64,000 bases of DNA from positions 1,184,001 to 1,248,000 of the forward strand of contig CBDEUS010000002.1 in NCBI GenBank assembly GCA_965243395.1, read 5' to 3'. The translations under genes and the position numbers were made by a program. A model generated the notes under the pieces. That model had not been told where the DNA came from, searched no databases, and was given only the letters and a program-made list of their open reading frames with translations. The DNA is from Gammaproteobacteria bacterium. Lineage in GTDB: Bacteria > Pseudomonadota > Gammaproteobacteria > UBA4575. The first letter of the stretch is position 1; the number at the start of each line of letters is the position of its first letter. Below, one piece after another: positions 58,617-64,000 of this stretch.

Positions 58617-58629
58617 AGGGTTTTAAAGT

Positions 58630-59595
58630 TTGTCTTCAGAAGATTATTCCATAGATGTCGTGCTTGAACCTGCCGATAATCCAAGACTTGCGAATTTGTG
58701 TGGACCTCTAAATGAGCATCTTAGCCAAATGGAAAAAAGGCTCGGTATTGAAATAAATAACCGTGGCAATACTTTTTCAATTCGGGGTGATGCAAAAACT
58801 GTAAATACGGCTGCTGAAGTCTTAAAAGAGTTATATGACTCAACGAAGGAAAATACTTTATCTTCATCTGATATACATCTTTATCTTCAAGAGTCTGAAT
58901 TAGCACAGACCGCTGAACAGAATCAGGTAACAAATCGCTCAACTATCCACACAAGACGCTCGATAATTAAAGCGAGAGGAAATAATCAAGAAAAATATAT
59001 CAAGGCGATTGAAGAGTGTGATCTAGTATTTGGCGTTGGGCCAGCGGGTACGGGTAAGACTTATTTGGCAGTAGCATCTGCAGTTGAGGCGCTTGAACGA
59101 GATAATATACGCAAGCTCGTTTTGGTTAGACCCGCGGTTGAAGCAGGAGAAAGGCTAGGATTTCTTCCTGGAGATTTAGCACAAAAAATTGATCCGTATC
59201 TCAGGCCTATGTATGACGCGTTGTATGAAATGATGGGCTTTGAGAAAGTGAATAAATTAATTGATAGAAACATAATAGAAATTGCTCCGCTAGCATATAT
59301 GCGTGGACGCACATTGAATGATGCCTTTATTATTCTAGATGAAGCCCAAAATACTACGGTTGAACAGATGAAGATGTTTCTTACACGTATAGGCTTTGGT
59401 TCAAAAGCTATTGTTACTGGAGATATCACTCAAATCGATTTGCCGAATGCAAAAGAGTCTGGTCTAAAGCATGTAATACGTATTTTGCAAAATACTAAAG
59501 GTATTTCTTTTTGTAACTTTGAGTCTAAAGATGTAGTGAGACATCCTCTCGTTAAAAAGATTATCCAGGCTTATGCTAAAAATTCAAAAGAATAA
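58630..59595 (+). CDS. ybeZ: PhoH-like ATPase
   Basis: GPAGTGKT, RPAVEAGERLGFLPG, YMRGRTL, DEAQN; TTG start. Confidence 0.95.
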   Translation: MSSEDYSIDVVLEPADNPRLANLCGPLNEHLSQMEKRLGIEINNRGNTFSIRGDAKTVNTAAEVLKELYDSTKENTLSSSDIHLYLQESELAQTAEQNQVTNRSTIHTRRSIIKARGNNQEKYIKAIEECDLVFGVGPAGTGKTYLAVASAVEALERDNIRKLVLVRPAVEAGERLGFLPGDLAQKIDPYLRPMYDALYEMMGFEKVNKLIDRNIIEIAPLAYMRGRTLNDAFIILDEAQNTTVEQMKMFLTRIGFGSKAIVTGDITQIDLPNAKESGLKHVIRILQNTKGISFCNFESKDVVRHPLVKKIIQAYAKNSKE

Positions 59596-59609
59596 ATAAT
59601 AAAGTTTCA

Positions 59610-60059
59610 ATGAGCATTAATTTGGATGTGCAAATTGCTTCTAAAAATTTAGATATTCCTAAAGCAGCCGAGTTTAAGATCTGGGCTGACTCGGTGCCCA
59701 TTGATTATGAAACAAGTTTATGTTTGAGAATAGTTGATGAACAGGAAGCTAAAACACTAAATAAAAAATATAGAAAGATTGAAAAAGCTACGAATGTGCT
59801 TTCATTCCCAGCAGGACTTCCTTCTGGTTTAAAAATTGATTTTCTTGGAGATATAGTAATTTGTGCGCCAATAGTAACTCTTGAGGCACAGGAATATAAT
59901 AAAGATTTAAAGAATCATTGGGCACATTTACTTATTCATGGGATATTGCATTTACAAGGGTATGATCATGAGCAAAATGTCGATGCTGAAAAAATGGAGT
60001 CGTTAGAGATTAAAATTCTCAGTAGTTTAGGTATTTCTAACCCGTATGAATCAATTTGA
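59610..60059 (+). CDS. ybeY: rRNA maturation endoribonuclease YbeY
   Basis: TNVLSFP, LGDIVIC, HGILHLQGYDH. Confidence 0.96.
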   Translation: MSINLDVQIASKNLDIPKAAEFKIWADSVPIDYETSLCLRIVDEQEAKTLNKKYRKIEKATNVLSFPAGLPSGLKIDFLGDIVICAPIVTLEAQEYNKDLKNHWAHLLIHGILHLQGYDHEQNVDAEKMESLEIKILSSLGISNPYESI

Positions 60060-60078
60060 ATATAAGAACTAAATAATA

Positions 60079-60918
60079 ATGAGTACAGATACAGATAATA
60101 GTTCTACAAGTTTAGGTTTAATTGCATCCATAAAGCTGTTTTTGAATGGTGTTCCTCAAAATCGAGAACAAATTATTAAGCTACTACGTAATGCCGAAAA
60201 AAATAATATTTTAAGTAGAGACATCCTTGAAATGATTGAGGGTGCATTTCAAGTTTCAAATATACAAGTAAAAAATATCATGATTCCTCGTTCTCACATG
60301 GTAGTAGTTCGAGAGGGTTCCACTTTGCAAGATATGTTACCGCTAATCATTGATTCAGCTCACTCCAGATTTCCTGTAATCGGTGATAGTCGTGATGAAG
60401 TGCTTGGAATATTACTAGCAAAAGATTTATTACGTTTTTTTATCGAAGGCAAACAAGAAGAGTTTAATTTAGCTGATGTGCTGCGCCCCACTGTTGTAGT
60501 GCCAGAATCTAAGCGCGTCAACACATTGTTAAATGAATTTAAAGATGGCAGAAATCACATGGCCATTGTGGTCGATGAGTACAGCAGTGTGTCAGGTTTA
60601 GTTACTATTGAAGATGTGTTAGAGCAAATTGTTGGAGAAATTACCGACGAACATGATATTGAGGAAGACCGTTATATTTTTGAACACTCTAAAGGTCATT
60701 TTGGCGTGAAGGCATTAACTCCGATTGAGGATTTCAATGAATTTTTCTCAACAGAATATAGCGATACTGATTTTGAAACATTTGGAGGTTTAGTGCTGAG
60801 TAAATTTGGACACTTACCGAAAAAAGGTGAAAAAATAGAATTCGATAGTTTTAAAATAGAAGTGTTACGTGCCGATCGGAGAAGATTGCATCTTTTAAAT
60901 GTATCCCAACATAGCTAA
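60079..60918 (+). CDS. corC: CBS-domain Mg/Co-associated protein CorC (YbeX)
   Basis: IMIPRS, HSRFPV, HMAIVVDEY, VTIEDVLEQIVGEI. Confidence 0.95.
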   Translation: MSTDTDNSSTSLGLIASIKLFLNGVPQNREQIIKLLRNAEKNNILSRDILEMIEGAFQVSNIQVKNIMIPRSHMVVVREGSTLQDMLPLIIDSAHSRFPVIGDSRDEVLGILLAKDLLRFFIEGKQEEFNLADVLRPTVVVPESKRVNTLLNEFKDGRNHMAIVVDEYSSVSGLVTIEDVLEQIVGEITDEHDIEEDRYIFEHSKGHFGVKALTPIEDFNEFFSTEYSDTDFETFGGLVLSKFGHLPKKGEKIEFDSFKIEVLRADRRRLHLLNVSQHS

Positions 60919-60971
60919 TTAAGGAATCTTTTTAGCTCATTATTAATTAGCTGATAGTCTAACAACAATAC

Positions 60972-62462
60972 ATGCCATTGTTATTTAAAATAATTCTGCT
61001 TGCTATTTCAGGCGCAGCACTCGTTTTAGCTTATGCGCCATTTTCTTATTGGTGGCTAACGTTTATTTGTCCAATTTTTCTATACTTGGCTACTATAAAA
61101 TTACCAGTGCGCACTGCATTTCTGTGTGGATTTATATTTGGCTTATTCTTTTTTGGATTTGGTGTTCCCTGGACATTTAATAGCATACATGAGTTTGGTG
61201 GTGCGCCATTATTGTTGAGCGCAATTCTTGCAAGTTTATTGGTTTTAGTGCTCGCTTTATTTCCTGCAACTATTGCAGCATTGAATGTTTATTTATGTCG
61301 TGATGATTGTCGTCGTTTATTCAGTGCTCTAACTTTTGCGAGTTTATGGGTATTGTTTGAGTGGCTGAGAGGTTGGGTATTTACAGGATTTCCTTGGTTG
61401 CTGATTGGGCATGTTCATCATACAGGGCCTTTGCAAAGTATATTACCTATCTTTGGATCATATGGCGCAAGCTGGATTACATTATTAATAGGATGCTTGG
61501 TCGTTACCTTGTTATTAGCTGAGTATAAGCAGAAAATTTATTCTGCAATAATTTTAGTAATTATTGCATTCTCTTTATATTCATTGGATCAAATTACATG
61601 GACTGAAGCGGAAGAAGAATCATTAGATGTGATTTTAGTACAAGGAAATATACCTCAAGAAATGAAATGGGATCGTAGTAAGCACAATTTCATAATGAAT
61701 AAATATTTACAGATGAGTAGCCGTCATTTTAATGCAGATATTATTATTTGGCCTGAAACCGCAATTCCTACTTATTATTCAATAGTAAAAGATTCATTTA
61801 TTCCGCAAGTAAGCGAGACTGCAGAAAAAAATGATTTGAATTATTTGATTGGTGTTTTCACTTTTGATCCAGAAAATGAGCATGTCTACAATAGTGTAAT
61901 GACATTGGGCGACGAGTTGGGATTTTATCGTAAACAGCATTTAGTCCCGTTCGGAGAATATCTTCCTTTCCGCGGGATACTCACAATTCTTGAACGTTAT
62001 ATCAATCTTCCAATGGCAGATATTTCTAGTGGCGAGGGAAGGCCATTGGTGAAGTTAAAAGGGCATGCGGTGGGCGCTTCTATTTGCTACGAAGCCGTAT
62101 ACGGAAATGAAGTGATTAGGGCACTACCTGAAGCTAAGTTCTTAGTTAATGTGAGTAATGATGCATGGTTTGGTGATTCACTTGCCCCGCATCAACATTT
62201 AGAAATCACACGTTCAAGAGCGGTCGAAACGGGCAGGTATCTATTGCGTGCAACGAATACTGGTATTTCGGCAGTGATTGATCCAAATGGAACGATAATT
62301 AATAAGTCTGTCCAGTTTGAAGACGATATAGTTCGATCGACTATAAAACCACACACAGGGACTACGCTCTATGCGAAATGGGGGAATTGGGGTATTGTCA
62401 TCACTGTATTAGTTACATTGATTATTCTGTGTTTTCAAAGATGGGTAACTGCAAAACATTAA
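60972..62462 (+). CDS. lnt: Apolipoprotein N-acyltransferase
   Basis: TGFPW, QGNI, WPETA, KQHLVPFGEY, ICYE, SNDAWFG, NTGIS. Confidence 0.96.
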   Translation: MPLLFKIILLAISGAALVLAYAPFSYWWLTFICPIFLYLATIKLPVRTAFLCGFIFGLFFFGFGVPWTFNSIHEFGGAPLLLSAILASLLVLVLALFPATIAALNVYLCRDDCRRLFSALTFASLWVLFEWLRGWVFTGFPWLLIGHVHHTGPLQSILPIFGSYGASWITLLIGCLVVTLLLAEYKQKIYSAIILVIIAFSLYSLDQITWTEAEEESLDVILVQGNIPQEMKWDRSKHNFIMNKYLQMSSRHFNADIIIWPETAIPTYYSIVKDSFIPQVSETAEKNDLNYLIGVFTFDPENEHVYNSVMTLGDELGFYRKQHLVPFGEYLPFRGILTILERYINLPMADISSGEGRPLVKLKGHAVGASICYEAVYGNEVIRALPEAKFLVNVSNDAWFGDSLAPHQHLEITRSRAVETGRYLLRATNTGISAVIDPNGTIINKSVQFEDDIVRSTIKPHTGTTLYAKWGNWGIVITVLVTLIILCFQRWVTAKH

Positions 62463-62480
62463 TAATGCAGTAAAAATATT

Positions 62481-63899
62481 ATGTCAGTATTTTCAATTAT
62501 TCCTGTTGTTTTATCGGGTGGAACGGGTTCACGTTTATGGCCACTCTCTAGGAAACTTTACCCAAAGCAGTTTATTCCTTTGAATGGAGATAAAAGCCTC
62601 TACCAGTCCACACTTGAACGAATAGCAGATTTAAATGGCGTCGAGAAAATAATAACAATTTGTAATGATGAACACCGATTTATGGCTGCTGAACAAGCTC
62701 GTCAGATTAAAGCTGGACGTTCTGAAATTATATTAGAGCCTGTTGGGAGAAATACTGCACCCGCAATAACCATTGCAGCTTTGCACGCAGTGAGCACTCA
62801 AGATGATGCCTATTTGCTAGTGCTTCCTGCGGACCATATCCTTGGTGATAAGAAGAAGTTTGCATTAGCCGTTCAACATGCGCATGAAGCGGCGACTAAT
62901 AATCTGGTAACTTTTGGTGTTTTGCCAACCCGTGTTGAATCGGGTTATGGATATATAAAACATGATAACAATACAATTTCAGATAACGCTTTTTCAGTAA
63001 CGAAATTTGTTGAAAAGCCCGATCATAAAACCGCTGAAGCCTATCTTAAAAGCGGTAACTATCTTTGGAATAGTGGGATGTTTTTGTTTCGTGCTGAACT
63101 TTTATTACAAGAAATACAGCAATATCAGCCTGAAGTTTATAATGCCTGCAAACTAGCATATGAAAATAGTGAAAAAGATCTAGACTTTATTCGCCTGCAT
63201 GAAGAGTTTTTTGCTTCTGCACCTAATATCTCTATTGATTATGCAGTCATGGAGAAAACAAAAAATGTCGCAGTTGTGTCTTTAGAAAGTGGTTGGAGTG
63301 ATGTCGGTTCATGGCATGCGCTGTGGGATTCTTTTGAACATGATGCTAATAGCAATGCTACATATGGAGATGTTGTTGAGGAAGATTGTAGTGGTTGTTT
63401 AATTCACGCCAATAATCGCTTGGTAGCCGCAGTTGGTGTTAAAGATCAAGTCATCGTAGAAACTGCAGATGCAGTATTAGTAGCGCCACGTGATCGCTCT
63501 CAAGATGTTAAAGAAATTGTTAATACTTTAAAGCTTTCAAAACGTGATGAAGTAGATATTCACCCAAAGGTATACCGACCTTGGGGTGCTTATGAAACCA
63601 TTGATATTGAGGATCGCTTCCAAGTAAAACGGATCACGGTTTATCCTTTACAAAAATTATCTTTGCAAATGCATCATCACCGTGCAGAACATTGGATTGT
63701 TGTTAAGGGTACCGCACGAGTCACTTGTGGAGAAGAAGAATTTATTTTAAGTGAAAATGAGTCTACCTACATTCCCATAGGTACCAAGCACCGCTTAGAA
63801 AATCCGGGCAAGATCCCACTTGAGCTAATTGAAGTGCAATCTGGTACGTATCTAGGAGAAGATGATATCGAGCGTTTTGATGATGTATATGGTCGTTAA
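62481..63899 (+). CDS. manC: Mannose-1-phosphate guanylyltransferase / mannose-6-phosphate isomerase
   Basis: GGTGSRLWPLSR..PKQF, FVEKPD, SIDYAVME, C-terminal cupin RPWG...SLQMHHHRAEHW. Confidence 0.95.
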   Translation: MSVFSIIPVVLSGGTGSRLWPLSRKLYPKQFIPLNGDKSLYQSTLERIADLNGVEKIITICNDEHRFMAAEQARQIKAGRSEIILEPVGRNTAPAITIAALHAVSTQDDAYLLVLPADHILGDKKKFALAVQHAHEAATNNLVTFGVLPTRVESGYGYIKHDNNTISDNAFSVTKFVEKPDHKTAEAYLKSGNYLWNSGMFLFRAELLLQEIQQYQPEVYNACKLAYENSEKDLDFIRLHEEFFASAPNISIDYAVMEKTKNVAVVSLESGWSDVGSWHALWDSFEHDANSNATYGDVVEEDCSGCLIHANNRLVAAVGVKDQVIVETADAVLVAPRDRSQDVKEIVNTLKLSKRDEVDIHPKVYRPWGAYETIDIEDRFQVKRITVYPLQKLSLQMHHHRAEHWIVVKGTARVTCGEEEFILSENESTYIPIGTKHRLENPGKIPLELIEVQSGTYLGEDDIERFDDVYGR

Positions 63900-64000
63900 A
63901 AAACTAAGTAGCATCATATGATCCAGTGTTCATTGGTAGTATTGTCTATATACTCTCATTAATCTTCTCTACTGTTGAGACTAATGCGCACTAGCTGTTA

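Overview
Core chromosomal region of an AT-rich gammaproteobacterium (roughly 35-40% GC by eye). 1-2.6 kb: a partial hypothetical gene, a DUF3445 (HODM-like) gene and ugd. 2.85-35.1 kb: the contiguous transcription/translation supercluster (tRNA-Tyr-Gly-Thr, tuf, tRNA-Trp, secE-nusG-rplKAJL-rpoBC, rpsLG-fusA-tuf, then the S10, spc and alpha operons to rplQ). 35.3-39 kb: a secreted multidomain protein with six near-identical 294-bp repeats, preceded by a perfect CRP-type box. Then uvrA and ssb. 42.6-57.2 kb: a divergently transcribed surface-glycan locus. The window ends with miaB-ybeZ-ybeY-corC-lnt and manC. The best novelty candidate is in the glycan locus. Its left arm (flippase, methyltransferase, HAD, nucleotidyltransferase, LicD, GT2) resembles the CDP-N-methyl-threonine module of flagellin glycans (P. 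aeruginosa PA1088-PA1090, C. difficile CD0241-CD0243), but is coupled to a LicD phosphotransferase and a flippase. Its right arm starts with a GT-C/Wzy-like plus MurJ-like fusion protein, followed by a bacillosamine (diNAcBac)-type initiation pathway. Both duplicated sequences in the window (the two tuf copies and the tandem repeats) are markedly more GC-rich than their flanks. All family assignments come from motif recognition and recall, not from database searches.
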